A stretch of 64,000 nt of DNA from an uncultured Alphaproteobacteria bacterium. Its GTDB lineage: Bacteria > Pseudomonadota > Alphaproteobacteria > HIMB59 > GCA-002718135. Positions 24,794 through 35,957 of the stretch are shown piece by piece. The notes under the pieces are model-generated. The model was not told where the DNA came from. It did no database searches and saw only the letters and a list, made by a program, of their open reading frames with translations. Numbering within the stretch: position 1 is the stretch's first letter; the number at the start of each line of letters is the position of its first letter. The stretch is taken from NCBI GenBank assembly GCA_902593125.1, contig CACJGU010000003.1:46905-110904 (forward strand), written 5' to 3'. Both the position numbers and the translations under genes were made by a program.

Positions 24794-27063
24794 GCTAATT
24801 CTTTTTTTTCTTCTGGTTTTTTTGAAAAGTTAAAAGCAATTTCTTTATTTTTAAATGATATTTCAACATGACCGCCTTTAGCTAACTTACCAAATATTAA
24901 TTCTTCAGCCATCGGTTTTTTTACTTTTTCTTGAATAACTCTACCTAGCTCTCTTGCTCCATAAACTTCATCATATCCCTCATCAGCTAGATATTCTTTA
25001 GCATCATTATCTATTGATAAAGAAACTCCTTTATCTTCTAATTGTGCTTCAATCTCAATTACAAATTTATCTACAATAGAAAGAACAATTTTTTTCGATA
25101 GATGGTTAAAATGAATAATTGAATCAATTCTATTTCTAAATTCTGGAGAAAAAAGTCTGTTTATTGCATCATTACTATCGTCACTTGATCTGACTGAATT
25201 GAATCCAATTCTTTTTTTCGATACATCAATAGCGCCAGCGTTCGTAGTCATAATAAGAATAACATTTCGAAAATCAACTGTTTTGCCATTATGATCAGTT
25301 AATTTACCATAATCCATAACCTGCAAGAGTATATTAAAAAGATCAAAGTGAGCTTTTTCAATTTCATCTAATAGCAGAACACAATGTGGATTTTGATCAA
25401 TACCATCGGTAAGCAAACCACCTTGATCAAAACCAACATACCCTGGTGGTGCCCCTATTAATCTGCTTACAGTATGGCGCTCCATATATTCGGACATGTC
25501 GAATCTTAATAGTTTGATCCCTAAAGTTTTACTAAGTTGTCTTGCTACCTCAGTTTTACCAACTCCTGTTGGTCCTGAAAATAAATACGAGCCAATTGGT
25601 TTGCCTTCTTCTCTTAAACCAGCTCTAGCAAGCTTAATTGAAGAAGCTAATTCTTGTATTGCCTTATCTTGCCCAAATACGAAATTTTTTAAATCTCTTT
25701 CTAAATTTTTAAGATTATCTTTATCACTTTGATTAATAGATTTTGTAGGAATTCTTGCCATAAGGGCAACAACTGATTCAATATCTTTGGAAAGTATAAT
25801 TTTTTTTCTTTTGGACTCTGGAAGTAAATATTGTGATGCACCAGCTTCATCAATAACATCAATTGCCTTATCAGGTAATTTTCTATCACCAATATACTTA
25901 TTTGATAAATCTACTGCACTAATAATTGCTTCAGGTGAATACTTTATTTGATGATGATCTTCATAATATGTTTTTAATCCTTCTAAAATTTTAATTGTTT
26001 CATCTTTTGAAGGTTCTTTAATATCAATTTTTTGAAACCTTCTAACTAAAGCTCTGTCTTTTTCAAAGTAATTTTTGAATTCTTTATAAGTTGTAGAACC
26101 TATGCATCTTAGGCTGCCATTACCTAATGAAGGCTTTAATAGATTACTTGCATCCATTGATCCGCCACTTGTTGCTCCAGCTCCTATAACAGTGTGTATT
26201 TCATCAATAAACAAAATTGCTTTGTCTTCTTTTTGCAAATCTTTTAGTACTGCCTTTAATCTCTCTTCAAAGTCTCCTCTATAACGAGTGCCTGCAAGTA
26301 GAGCTCCCATATCTAATGAATATATTGTTGCGTCTTCCATTATTTTAGGAACTGCTTTTTCAACTATTCTTTTGGCTAATCCCTCTGCTATTGCAGTCTT
26401 TCCCACGCCCGGATCTCCAACAAAAAGTGGGTTATTTTTTTGTCTTCTACACAAAATTTGTATAGTTCTGTCTAGCTCTGAACTTCTTCCAATTAATTTA
26501 TCGATTTTACCTTTTTTTGATTTGTCGTTTAAATTTATACAAAATTGATCAAGCGCTCTTTTAGTATTTTTAGACTGACCATTTTCATTTATGCCATCAT
26601 CTAAAATTTCCTCAGTTTCTAAACTTTCATTTGCTTTAGATATACCATGAGAAATATATTGAACAGCATCAAGTCTTGTCATGTTTTGCTGGTGAAGAAA
26701 GTACACAGCATGACTTTCTTTTTCAGAGAATAAAGCAACTATCATATTAGCCCCTGTTACATTTTCGCGGCCACTTGATTGAACATGAATTGCTGCACGC
26801 TGCAGCACTCTTTGAAATCCATTTGTTAACTTAGGCTCTCCAGTGAAATTTTCTTTTAAATTTTCTAAATCTTGAGAAATAAAATTATCTATATTTGTTT
26901 TTAATGTATTTGTATCAACAGCACATGCCCTTAGAACACTTAAGGCGTCTTGATCATCCAAGAGACAGAAAAGTAGATGTTCTAGTGTAACATACTCATG
27001 TTTTTTATTAGATGCTAGTTGATAAGCATCCCTTAATGTTTTTTCTAAATTTGGTGAAAGCAT
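24790..27063 (-). CDS. clpA: ATP-dependent Clp protease ATP-binding subunit ClpA
   Basis: 757 aa from [10 protein letters not shown], with two AAA+ modules (GDPGVGKTA, GPTGVGKTE). The start was chosen at the TAATG overlap with the clpS stop; the track's 27084 start adds 7 aa. Confidence 0.93.
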   Translation of the reverse strand: MLSPNLEKTLRDAYQLASNKKHEYVTLEHLLFCLLDDQDALSVLRACAVDTNTLKTNIDNFISQDLENLKENFTGEPKLTNGFQRVLQRAAIHVQSSGRENVTGANMIVALFSEKESHAVYFLHQQNMTRLDAVQYISHGISKANESLETEEILDDGINENGQSKNTKRALDQFCINLNDKSKKGKIDKLIGRSSELDRTIQILCRRQKNNPLFVGDPGVGKTAIAEGLAKRIVEKAVPKIMEDATIYSLDMGALLAGTRYRGDFEERLKAVLKDLQKEDKAILFIDEIHTVIGAGATSGGSMDASNLLKPSLGNGSLRCIGSTTYKEFKNYFEKDRALVRRFQKIDIKEPSKDETIKILEGLKTYYEDHHQIKYSPEAIISAVDLSNKYIGDRKLPDKAIDVIDEAGASQYLLPESKRKKIILSKDIESVVALMARIPTKSINQSDKDNLKNLERDLKNFVFGQDKAIQELASSIKLARAGLREEGKPIGSYLFSGPTGVGKTEVARQLSKTLGIKLLRFDMSEYMERHTVSRLIGAPPGYVGFDQGGLLTDGIDQNPHCVLLLDEIEKAHFDLFNILLQVMDYGKLTDHNGKTVDFRNVILIMTTNAGAIDVSKKRIGFNSVRSSDDSNDAINRLFSPEFRNRIDSIIHFNHLSKKIVLSIVDKFVIEIEAQLEDKGVSLSIDNDAKEYLADEGYDEVYGARELGRVIQEKVKKPMAEELIFGKLAKGGHVEISFKNKEIAFNFSKKPEEKKELA

Positions 27064-27395
27064 TACGATTTCTCCATAGTGCATTGAAGTGGGTGCTCAT
27101 TTTTTTTGGCTAAATCCATTACAGCCTTACATTTTGACTCTGCAACTTCGTAAGTAAATGTCCCACAGACACCTATGCCATTCTTATGTACGTGGAGCAT
27201 TATTTGAGTTGCCTCTTCAGATTTTTTATTAAATACTTTTTCCAGGACCATTACCACGAATTCCATAGGGGTATAATCATCGTTTATTAGCAGAACATTG
27301 TACATAGATGGTTTCTTTGTTTTTGGTTTAGACTCCAATAAAAGCCCTCTTTGTATATCATTTTGATTATCAGTATTATTTTGATTGGAATTCAT
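27063..27395 (-). CDS. clpS: ATP-dependent Clp protease adaptor ClpS
   Basis: 110 aa with the core [24 protein letters not shown]. Confidence 0.92.
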   Translation of the reverse strand: MNSNQNNTDNQNDIQRGLLLESKPKTKKPSMYNVLLINDDYTPMEFVVMVLEKVFNKKSEEATQIMLHVHKNGIGVCGTFTYEVAESKCKAVMDLAKKNEHPLQCTMEKS

Positions 27396-27479
27396 AATGA
27401 TTAAATAATATCTTTTTTTATATTTTAAAGCATTTTTTATGTTTGTAAGGAGCCAAATTGATATGTTAATGGAATAGTA

Positions 27480-28586
27480 GTGAAAAAATTTCTTTCAAAT
27501 TATGTGTTATTAATTTTTTTAATATTAATAGCTTTTTCATTTGATTTACTTGCAAAAAAAGCAGCTATAATTGTAGATTTTGAAACCAGTGAAGTTTTAT
27601 TTGAAAAAAATGCAGATACTAAAAATTATCCAGCATCTCTCTCAAAAATTATGACATTATACATTGTTTTTGATTATATCAATAAAGGTAAATTAAATTA
27701 TGAAGATGAAATGCTAGTATCATCTACAGCTGCATCAAGATCTCCTAGTAAGTTATATTTAGAAGAAGGTAGTACTATTAAAGTAAGAGATGCTATCAAC
27801 GCACTGATTATAAAATCAGCAAATGATGTAGCAACTGTTGTATCAGAAAAAATAAGTGGATCAGAAAAAGAATTTGCTAAATTGATGACTAAATATGCAA
27901 GAGACCTTGGAATGAAAAATACAACTTTCAAAAATGCTTCAGGACTTCCAAATAGAGCTCAATTAACTACAGCAAGGGATATTTCAAAATTATCATATGC
28001 TTTAATTAAAAATTTTCCTGAAGAATATAAATTATTTAGTCAAACTTCATTTGAATGGAATGGTAAAACTTATAAAACCCATAATAAATTAATGCTAAAA
28101 TATGATGGTGCTGATGGTATTAAAACCGGATACATAAAAGCATCAGGTTTCCAATTAGCATTCTCTGCAGTAAGAGATGATAAAAGAGTCATAGGTGTTT
28201 ACTTTGGAGGTGATACAGGCAAACAAAGAAATGACCGTCTAAAATTTTACATGGATAATGCCTTTAAAAAAATAAATATTGAAAATATCGATGTAAAAAA
28301 AGAAAAGAAGATAAATGATACTAAAAAACAAACTTCAATAAATAAAGATAACTATTCAATTGTAGTTGGAACTTTTAAATATAGGAAAAGTGCAGAAAAA
28401 CAAATTAATTTAATTAAAAGTAAATATCCCATAACAACGAGTAGCAAAGAATCAAAAATAGTGTTTATAGAAGTTTCGGGAAAAAAATTATACGAGTCTA
28501 GATTTTTAAATTTTAGTAAAAAAGATGCTTACCAAGCATGTAGAAGATTAGCTAAATATGGAAGAGATTGCTTTGTTAGATTGTAA
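27480..28586 (+). CDS. D-alanyl-D-alanine carboxypeptidase (PBP5/6 type) with a C-terminal SPOR-like domain
   Basis: 368 aa (GTG start) with SxxK (ASLSKIM), SxN (KSANDV) and KTG (IKTGY) motifs. The C-terminal [26 protein letters not shown] is SPOR-like. Confidence 0.85.
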   Translation: MKKFLSNYVLLIFLILIAFSFDLLAKKAAIIVDFETSEVLFEKNADTKNYPASLSKIMTLYIVFDYINKGKLNYEDEMLVSSTAASRSPSKLYLEEGSTIKVRDAINALIIKSANDVATVVSEKISGSEKEFAKLMTKYARDLGMKNTTFKNASGLPNRAQLTTARDISKLSYALIKNFPEEYKLFSQTSFEWNGKTYKTHNKLMLKYDGADGIKTGYIKASGFQLAFSAVRDDKRVIGVYFGGDTGKQRNDRLKFYMDNAFKKINIENIDVKKEKKINDTKKQTSINKDNYSIVVGTFKYRKSAEKQINLIKSKYPITTSSKESKIVFIEVSGKKLYESRFLNFSKKDAYQACRRLAKYGRDCFVRL

Positions 28587-29982
28587 ATTTAAAATTTACA
28601 TTACTTAATTGGAGTTGATTTTCTACAATATCGATTAATTTTTTTAATCCATTTTTTGATGTAGATTCAACTCTACATGTAAGTTGATTTTGGGTGTTAC
28701 TTGCTCGCATTAAAAACCAACCTTCCTCAGTCTCAACTCTAATACCATCTATATCAATAATATTTCCTTCAAAACTTAATAGTCTTTCTTTTATCTCATC
28801 AATTATTTTAAATTTTTTTATTTCATCAACATCAAACCTTGTTTCCGGAGTAGAAAAAGTTTTAGGATATTTATCAATTATATCATTTAAATTTTTATTT
28901 TTATTTCCAAGAATTCTTAATAGTCTTAAACCAACATACATTGCATCATCATATCCATAAAAATCATCACCATAACAAACATGTCCACTCATCTCTCCAG
29001 AAAGAGGTGATTTTATCTCTTTCATTTTTTCTTTTATAGGTGAATGTCCAGTTCTTTCCATTAAAGGGTCACATCCAAGTTTTTTAGCTTCATCAAAAAA
29101 TACTTTACTACATTTAACATCCATAATAACTTTAGGACTTTGATACAAATTAGCTATTTCAGAACATAATATTAACATGTATTGGTCTGCCCAAATAATT
29201 TTACCAGAATTATCAACAACTCCCAGTCTATCACCATCTCCATCAAAGGCTAAACCAATATCGCATTTATTTTCTTTTACAGACTTTATTAATTGCTCCA
29301 TATTTTTTGGAACTGTAGGATCGGGATGATGGTTTGGAAAATTACCATCAACATCTTGGTTCAATAAAATATTCTCTGTATTTTTAAGTTTTGAAATTAA
29401 TTTATTTATAATAACGCCCATTGCTCCATTTCCTATATCCCAGCTTATTTTTAATTTATTTTTAATAGAAATATTCTTTAGAACTCTCTCAACATAGGCA
29501 TCAATGATATCAATATGTTCTACAGATCCTTCTTTTTTTTCTAATTTAATAGTTTTAAGAATAGTTTTAAATTTTTGAATGTTTTCACTATAAAAACTAT
29601 GTTTGTTCATTACCATTTTAAAACCATTATATTCTGAAGGATTATGGGAGCCAGTTATCATCAGAGCTGCATCTGTTTTAAGATAATAATCGGCAAAATA
29701 TAACATTGGAGTTGGACACATGCCTATACTTTTAACATTGGCTCCTGCATCTTTTAATCCACTACTTAAAGCTTTGTAGAGTTTAGGGGAAGTTAATCTG
29801 CCATCATAACCAAGTGAAATATTATTTGACTTTAACTTTTCAAATACAATGTATCCAAAAACTCTTCCAATGGTATATGCAGTATTTTCAGTAATGTTTT
29901 TATCTACAATACCTCTAATATCATATTCTCTTAATACCTCAGGGTCAAATTGTTCAATCTGATAACTATTTTCCTGTGCCAT
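28576..29982 (-). CDS. phosphomannomutase/phosphoglucomutase
   Basis: 468 aa with active-site TGSHNPSEYNGFK and metal loop FDGDGDR. Confidence 0.9.
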   Translation of the reverse strand: MAQENSYQIEQFDPEVLREYDIRGIVDKNITENTAYTIGRVFGYIVFEKLKSNNISLGYDGRLTSPKLYKALSSGLKDAGANVKSIGMCPTPMLYFADYYLKTDAALMITGSHNPSEYNGFKMVMNKHSFYSENIQKFKTILKTIKLEKKEGSVEHIDIIDAYVERVLKNISIKNKLKISWDIGNGAMGVIINKLISKLKNTENILLNQDVDGNFPNHHPDPTVPKNMEQLIKSVKENKCDIGLAFDGDGDRLGVVDNSGKIIWADQYMLILCSEIANLYQSPKVIMDVKCSKVFFDEAKKLGCDPLMERTGHSPIKEKMKEIKSPLSGEMSGHVCYGDDFYGYDDAMYVGLRLLRILGNKNKNLNDIIDKYPKTFSTPETRFDVDEIKKFKIIDEIKERLLSFEGNIIDIDGIRVETEEGWFLMRASNTQNQLTCRVESTSKNGLKKLIDIVENQLQLSNVNFKFTI

Positions 29983-31261
29983 AATATTTAAAACCTAATT
30001 TTTCTAATTCTAAAGCATTATAAATATTTCTTAAATCAAAAATTTTTTTTGTTTTTACTATTTTACTTATCTCTGAAAAATTGAGTGCTCTAAATTCATT
30101 CCACTCTGTTCCAATAATAATTGCATTGGTATTATTACATGCTTCAAAAGCTGATTCAAAATATCTAAAATGATTAAACTCTTTTTTTGCATTATCCATA
30201 GCAACTGGATCAAAACAGTGTATTTGATAACCTTTTTCAAATAAATAATTTGCAAGCTTAATGGATGATGAGTCCCTTATATCATCTGTGTTAGGTTTAA
30301 AACTTAATCCTAGAAATGATATTACAGAATTATTTTTAACATGCTTCATTATCTTATCACCTATTTTGTCTATTCTTTTTTGATTAGCTTTATCAACTGC
30401 ATTGATTATAGATAAATCAATGTTAAATTTTTTTGCAGTTGAAGAAAAAGCTTTGACATCTTTTGGAAAACAAGAACCACCATATCCAGGACCAGCATTT
30501 AAAAACTTATTACCTATTCTTTGATCTATACCCATAGCCTTAGAAACATCTTGTACATTTGCGCCAACTACTTCACATAAATCTGCAATTTCATTAATAA
30601 AAGTAATTTTGGTAGCAAGAAAACTATTTGATGCATATTTAATGATCTCAGCTGTTTCAATTGATGTTGATACTATAGGCGTTTCTCTAAGATATAGTGG
30701 TCTATAAAGTTCTTTCATGATTTTTTCTGATTTTGAATTTTCACTGCCTATAACAACCCTATCTGGTCTCATAAAATCATCTATTGCTGAACCCTCTCTT
30801 AAAAATTCAGGATTGGATACAACATCAAAAAGATCTTCTGGAACTAACTTACCTATAATTTTTTTAATTTCTTTTGAGGTTCCAACAGGCACTGTTGATT
30901 TGGTTACAACTACACAATATTTTTTTATATTTTTTGCTATTTCATCTGCTACTGACCAAACATATGTTAAATCAGCATCTTCGTTTAATCTCTTGCTTGG
31001 GGTTCCTACTGTTATAAAAACTAAATCTGCATCTTTGATAGTGTCAGTTAAAGATGAAGAAAAAGATAAAAGCTTTGTTTCATTTAAATGTTTTGATAAT
31101 AAATGATCCATTCCTGGTTCATAAAATGGACATTTTCCTAATTTTAATTTTTGTATCTTTTGTATATCTTTATCAATACATATTGTTTGATACCCAAATT
31201 CAGCGAAACACGCTCCAGATACTAAACCAACATATCCTGTCCCCACTATTACCAATTTCAT
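29966..31261 (-). CDS. ugd: UDP-glucose 6-dehydrogenase
   Basis: 431 aa with Rossmann motif VGTGYVGLVSG and catalytic GGSCFPKD. Confidence 0.92.
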   Translation of the reverse strand: MKLVIVGTGYVGLVSGACFAEFGYQTICIDKDIQKIQKLKLGKCPFYEPGMDHLLSKHLNETKLLSFSSSLTDTIKDADLVFITVGTPSKRLNEDADLTYVWSVADEIAKNIKKYCVVVTKSTVPVGTSKEIKKIIGKLVPEDLFDVVSNPEFLREGSAIDDFMRPDRVVIGSENSKSEKIMKELYRPLYLRETPIVSTSIETAEIIKYASNSFLATKITFINEIADLCEVVGANVQDVSKAMGIDQRIGNKFLNAGPGYGGSCFPKDVKAFSSTAKKFNIDLSIINAVDKANQKRIDKIGDKIMKHVKNNSVISFLGLSFKPNTDDIRDSSSIKLANYLFEKGYQIHCFDPVAMDNAKKEFNHFRYFESAFEACNNTNAIIIGTEWNEFRALNFSEISKIVKTKKIFDLRNIYNALELEKLGFKYYGTGK

Positions 31262-31318
31262 TGTGATCCTATAAACCTGATTGAGATTGTATTAAATGAG
31301 AATTATTTAATTTTTTGA

Positions 31319-32338
31319 TTATTTGCAGTTATGAACTGATCCCCTATCAATTATATTTACTTCAGCAAGAAAATTATAGGTCTTGTTTTGTTTTTTATCT
31401 CTATTTAATAGTATATTTATAGCTTTTTTCCCAAGTTCTTTAACTGGAAAGGAAACCGCTGTAATTGGCGGCGTACTAAGATCTCTTACTAATGGACCAT
31501 CAAATGTAATAATGGAAATATCTTTTCCAATTTTTAAATTTAAATAGTTACAAGCTTTGATTGCACTTAATGCAGAATATTCTGTTGAGCAAATAATAGA
31601 TGTTATTTTTTTATTTCTTGATAACATATTTTTAATAATCTCAAAACTTTTCTCAGGCTCTTCAAGTTTTACTGATGCATAATAATTTTTATTGAAAGTA
31701 ATTTTATTTTTTTTTAAGATTTTTAAAAAAGAATTTTTACGTTCGCTCGCAAAATTATATTTTTCTGAGATATTTATGTACGAAATGTGCTTGTGTTTTC
31801 TTTCAATTAAGTAGTTAACTATTTTTTCAATTGCTTTTTTATTGTCTAAATCTACCCAAGAAAAATTAGAACCCTCTTTTGTTTTACCCCATGCAACATA
31901 GTTTATTTTATATTTATTTAAAAGGTCTATACGCTTATCTTTAGTTTTAATATTTTGAAGTACAATATTTTCTATTTTTTGTTCTAAAATTAATTTTTCA
32001 TATGCTTTAATTTCTTCATCTTCACTTTTTGCAAATAAAATTTGTAACTGAATACTTTCAGATAATAACTTATCAGACATCCCTGCTATAAATTGAAAAA
32101 AATTTCCTTGATTCAATGTACTGGCATTTGTTCCATAGATTGGAAGAACGTAACCAACTGTTTTAGTTCTGCCAGAAGCTAAAACACTAGCATAAGGATT
32201 TGGGCTATATTGATACTTATTAGCAAATTTTTTTACTCTTTCTCTAGTTTTTTCACTTACATCCGAATAACCTCCTAAGGCTCTAGAAACTGTAGTAATA
32301 GAAAGATCTAATTTTTTTGCCAATTCCTTAATATTCAT
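31319..32338 (-). CDS. LacI-family transcriptional regulator
   Basis: HTH region MNIKELAKKLDLSITTVSRALGGYSDVSEKTRERV, followed by a periplasmic-binding-protein-like core. I chose the start at MNIKE; the track extends 4 codons to 32350. Confidence 0.9.
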   Translation of the reverse strand: MNIKELAKKLDLSITTVSRALGGYSDVSEKTRERVKKFANKYQYSPNPYASVLASGRTKTVGYVLPIYGTNASTLNQGNFFQFIAGMSDKLLSESIQLQILFAKSEDEEIKAYEKLILEQKIENIVLQNIKTKDKRIDLLNKYKINYVAWGKTKEGSNFSWVDLDNKKAIEKIVNYLIERKHKHISYINISEKYNFASERKNSFLKILKKNKITFNKNYYASVKLEEPEKSFEIIKNMLSRNKKITSIICSTEYSALSAIKACNYLNLKIGKDISIITFDGPLVRDLSTPPITAVSFPVKELGKKAINILLNRDKKQNKTYNFLAEVNIIDRGSVHNCK

Positions 32339-32367
32339 AATAAATTGCATAACTCAGAAATAAAAAA

Positions 32368-32389
32368 TTGACAACCAAAACGTTTTGGT
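32368..32389. promoter_or_regulatory. TTGACA hexamer abutting a perfect 16-bp LacI-type palindrome (operator 1)
   Basis: TTGACA (32368..32373) is followed directly by ACCAAAACGTTTTGGT (32374..32389), which has a central CG. The site lies in the divergent spacer between the LacI-family gene and the SBP gene. Confidence 0.7.
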
Positions 32390-32427
32390 AAAGTATGATT
32401 TGTATATTTATAAATATGGAGGAATTA

Positions 32428-33738
32428 ATGAATAAATTAATTAAAATTTTATTAGCTTCTTTCACATCTTTATTTCTTAGTGTTTCGGCTTTTGCTGGAG
32501 GACATTTATATTCTGGACCAGATTTAAGTGGTCAGAAAGTTGTAATGTTTGGTCCTTGGCTTTCTCCAGAACAAGAAATAATGAGAGAGGTCGGAGCTAT
32601 ATTTGAAAAAGCTACTGGAGCAACTTTTGAGTACGGTGGATCTGATAGCTTTGAGCAACAAGTAATGATTGACTTAAAAGCTGGAAGTGCTGCTGACTTA
32701 GTAGTATTTCCTCAGCCAGGTTTAGCGGCAAATGCGGCAGCTATGGGTGGTCTGGTTCCACTTGGTGATGACATCAAACAAATGGTTTTAGATAACTATG
32801 CAGCTGGACAGTCTTGGGTTGATCTATCAACTTACGCTGACGAAAATGGAAATGATCAATTTAACGCTATCTTCTTTAGAACAAATGTTAAAAGTTTAGT
32901 TTGGTACTCTCCAGATAACTTTGAAGATAATGGATATGAAGTTCCAGCAACTATGGAAGAGCTTATTTCATTAACTAGACAAATGGCTTCTGATGGAAAT
33001 ACGCCATGGTGTATTGGTTTAGGTTCAGGTGCAGCTACAGGATGGCCAGCAACTGACTGGATGGAAGACATTATGCTAAGAACACATACTCCTGATGTTT
33101 ATGACATGTGGGTATCAAATGAAATGCCATTTAATGATCCAAGAGTAATTGAAGCTATGAATTTTTTTGGAACGTTTGCATTGAATGATGATTTTGTTAA
33201 CGGTGGTTCTAAAGCAGTTGCAACAACTGACTTTAGAGATGCTCCAAATGGACTTTTTACTTCACCGGCAGAATGTATGATGCATAGACAAGCAAGTTTT
33301 ATCCCAGCATTCTTTCCTGAAGGAGTAGAAGCAGGTGTTGACTATGATTTCTTTTATTTTCCAGCTTATGAAACAAAAGATCTTGGTACTCCAGTACTTG
33401 GAGCAGGAACTTTGGTAGCGGCTACGAATGATAATCCTGCTACTTTAGAGTTTATTAAGTTCTTAATGCATCCTGAGCCTCATGAATATTGGATGGCTAA
33501 AGGTGGCTTTTTAACACCACATAAAGGTGTTGATGGAAGCAAATATGCTAGTGAAACTTTTAGAAAACTAGGTGAAATTTTGACAGGTGCAACAACATTT
33601 AGATTTGATGCATCTGACTTAATGCCAGGCGCAATTGGTGCAGGTACATTCTGGACTGGTATGGTTGATTATACCAATGGAAAGTCTGCTCAAGATGTGG
33701 CTGATGCGATCCAAGATAGTTGGGACGCAATTAAATAA
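32428..33738 (+). CDS. CUT1-type ABC transporter periplasmic sugar-binding protein
   Basis: Start chosen at MNKLIKILLASFTSLFLSVSAFA (a signal peptide), preceded by GGAGGA. The track starts at 32395. Codon composition is noticeably more GC-rich than in neighbouring genes. Confidence 0.88.
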   Translation: MNKLIKILLASFTSLFLSVSAFAGGHLYSGPDLSGQKVVMFGPWLSPEQEIMREVGAIFEKATGATFEYGGSDSFEQQVMIDLKAGSAADLVVFPQPGLAANAAAMGGLVPLGDDIKQMVLDNYAAGQSWVDLSTYADENGNDQFNAIFFRTNVKSLVWYSPDNFEDNGYEVPATMEELISLTRQMASDGNTPWCIGLGSGAATGWPATDWMEDIMLRTHTPDVYDMWVSNEMPFNDPRVIEAMNFFGTFALNDDFVNGGSKAVATTDFRDAPNGLFTSPAECMMHRQASFIPAFFPEGVEAGVDYDFFYFPAYETKDLGTPVLGAGTLVAATNDNPATLEFIKFLMHPEPHEYWMAKGGFLTPHKGVDGSKYASETFRKLGEILTGATTFRFDASDLMPGAIGAGTFWTGMVDYTNGKSAQDVADAIQDSWDAIK

Positions 33739-33751
33739 TTCCTCTTGTTGA

Positions 33752-33788
33752 AACAGGCGAACAATTAACTTGTTCGCCTGTTTTTTTT
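33752..33788 (+). terminator. strong hairpin / attenuating terminator after the SBP gene
   Basis: AACAGGCGAACAA pairs with TTGTTCGCCTGTT around loop TTAAC, followed by a T-run. Confidence 0.85.
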
Positions 33789-33805
33789 ATATATTTACTT
33801 AATAA

Positions 33806-34789
33806 ATGGATGTCTTGAATTTATTTTTTATAGTTTTTTTAGGAATACTTTTATTCATTTTATATTTTCATATTTCAAATTCTATTTTAGATTTTTATGG
33901 AAAAAAAACTGATAGAAGATATAATTTTGAAAATTCAATCAGAGTTGTAATTTTTATTGCACCAGCTTTTATAGTCCTTTTTATATTTATTTTATATCCT
34001 GTTTTTGAAACTATTAGGCTTAGTTTTTATGATAAATTTGGAAGAGAATTTGTAGGATTCTATAATTATCGTTGGGCTGTTAATGATCCAGAATTTCAGA
34101 GAAGTATATTAAATAACTTAGGCTGGTTATTAATAGTTCCAACCTTAAGTACTTTCTTTGGTTTAGTAATAGCAAATTTAGCTGATAGAGTTTGGTGGGG
34201 ATCTATTGCAAAATCAATAATTTTTATGCCAATGGCAATTTCTTTTGTAGGAGCTGGCGTAATATGGAAATTTATTTATGAATATAGAGGACCTGGTGAT
34301 ACCCAAATTGGACTCCTAAACGCAATAATTGTTTCATTTGGATATGAACCTCAGGCTTGGCTAACAATTCCTGTTTGGAATAATGTTTTTTTGATGGCTA
34401 TAATGATTTGGATACAAACAGGTTTAGCCTTAGTTATTTTTAGTGCAGCTTTAAGAGGTATTCCAAAAGAAACATTGGAGGCAGCAAGAATTGATGGAGC
34501 TAGTGAATTTAAAATTTTTTTTTCAATTATCATACCTTATCTTGAACAAACCATTTTGGTTATTTGGACATTAATTACTATTATTGTATTAAGAATATTT
34601 GATATCATTTTTGCAATGACAAATGGTGAATGGCAAACAGGCGTATTAGCAAATTTAATGTATGATTGGATGTTTAGAGGTGGTGGTGATTCAGGAAGAG
34701 GAAGTGTTTTAGCAATTGTAATAATGATTGGTGTCATACCTATTTTGGCTTGGAATTTATATAAACATAGACAAGAACAAAAAATATAA
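33806..34789 (+). CDS. ABC sugar permease (MalF-like)
   Basis: 327 aa with EAA loop TLEAARIDGASEFKIFFSIIIPYL. Confidence 0.9.
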   Translation: MDVLNLFFIVFLGILLFILYFHISNSILDFYGKKTDRRYNFENSIRVVIFIAPAFIVLFIFILYPVFETIRLSFYDKFGREFVGFYNYRWAVNDPEFQRSILNNLGWLLIVPTLSTFFGLVIANLADRVWWGSIAKSIIFMPMAISFVGAGVIWKFIYEYRGPGDTQIGLLNAIIVSFGYEPQAWLTIPVWNNVFLMAIMIWIQTGLALVIFSAALRGIPKETLEAARIDGASEFKIFFSIIIPYLEQTILVIWTLITIIVLRIFDIIFAMTNGEWQTGVLANLMYDWMFRGGGDSGRGSVLAIVIMIGVIPILAWNLYKHRQEQKI

Positions 34790-35928
34790 TGAAAAAATTT
34801 CAAATATCATCTTTTTTATCTCAGTTATTATTACTCTTTTTTGTAATATTATGGATCATTCCAACTTTTGGACTATTCATTAGTTCCTTAAGAGATAAAG
34901 ACTTATTAGCTATTAGCGGATGGTGGACTTCACTTACAACTACAAAAGTAAATGAAATTTATAGAATGTCTGGAATGACAGAGCAAATTTTTGAAGATGG
35001 TTTTTTTGTTGTAAGGGGAAGTTTGTTTGAAGATAATTCAGGAAAAAAAATTGAAACGTTTGGAATTACATCTAAAAATATAAATGAATTTGTAGTTGGT
35101 GAAATAGCAAGTTTTAAGGACAATAGTCAAGTTACAGTAAATGAAGTTGGTGAATATATTTGGAAATCAGAAAAAGAATTTACAAAAAAGAAGGGAAAAA
35201 GACTTTTTATAACAGCTTTAAGTCCACCCTCTTTTACATTCGATAATTATAAAGAAGTATTGTTTAAAGAGGGAATTGGCCAGGCTTTTTTAAATACTAC
35301 TGCCGTAGCATTACCCTCAACATTAATACCATTAATAATATGTTCCTTTTTTGCTTATGCCCTTACTTGGATGAAATTCTTTGGAAGAGATACCTTACTA
35401 GCAGTTATTATAGCTTCGCTTGTCGTGCCTCTTCAAATGTCATTGATACCAATCCTAACAATTTATAATGATTTTGGTGCCTTATTTGGAGTTGCAGCAA
35501 AATCGTATCCTGGTGTATGGATGGCTCATACCGGTTTTGGACTGGCCTCAACAACCTTTTTATTAAGAAATTTTATAAAATCATTACCAATCGAAATGAT
35601 GGAGGCAGCAAAAGTTGATGGCGCATCTCATTATGATATTTTTTTAAGAATTATATTGCCTCTTTCTATCCCTGCATTTGCCTCTATTTTTATTTTACAA
35701 TTTTTGTGGTGCTGGAATGATCTTTTAGTTGGATTAGTATTTTTGGATCAGGTTCCAAGTGAAATAATTTTGACTGCAAAATTAAAAGAATTACTCGGTT
35801 CAAGAGGCGAAAACTGGGAAATTTTAACCACAGGTGCCTTTGTATCAATGACTGTACCTCTATTTATATTTTTTGCTTTACAGAGGTACTTCATAAGAGG
35901 TTTAGTCGCAGGTTCAGTTAAGGGATAA
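34789..35928 (+). CDS. ABC sugar permease (MalG-like, with a large periplasmic insert)
   Basis: 379 aa with EAA loop MMEAAKVDGASHYDIFLRIILPLSIP. A hydrophilic loop of about 110 aa follows TM1. The start overlaps the upstream stop. Confidence 0.88.
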   Translation: MKKFQISSFLSQLLLLFFVILWIIPTFGLFISSLRDKDLLAISGWWTSLTTTKVNEIYRMSGMTEQIFEDGFFVVRGSLFEDNSGKKIETFGITSKNINEFVVGEIASFKDNSQVTVNEVGEYIWKSEKEFTKKKGKRLFITALSPPSFTFDNYKEVLFKEGIGQAFLNTTAVALPSTLIPLIICSFFAYALTWMKFFGRDTLLAVIIASLVVPLQMSLIPILTIYNDFGALFGVAAKSYPGVWMAHTGFGLASTTFLLRNFIKSLPIEMMEAAKVDGASHYDIFLRIILPLSIPAFASIFILQFLWCWNDLLVGLVFLDQVPSEIILTAKLKELLGSRGENWEILTTGAFVSMTVPLFIFFALQRYFIRGLVAGSVKG

Positions 35929-35957
35929 ATTAAAAAAAAAGTTTATTTTTTTTAATT

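Noticed and set aside
27064-27084. A seven-codon N-terminal extension of clpA (MHYGEIV).
   Set aside because: The internal start [10 protein letters not shown] forms a TAATG stop/start overlap with clpS and matches the usual ClpA N-terminus.
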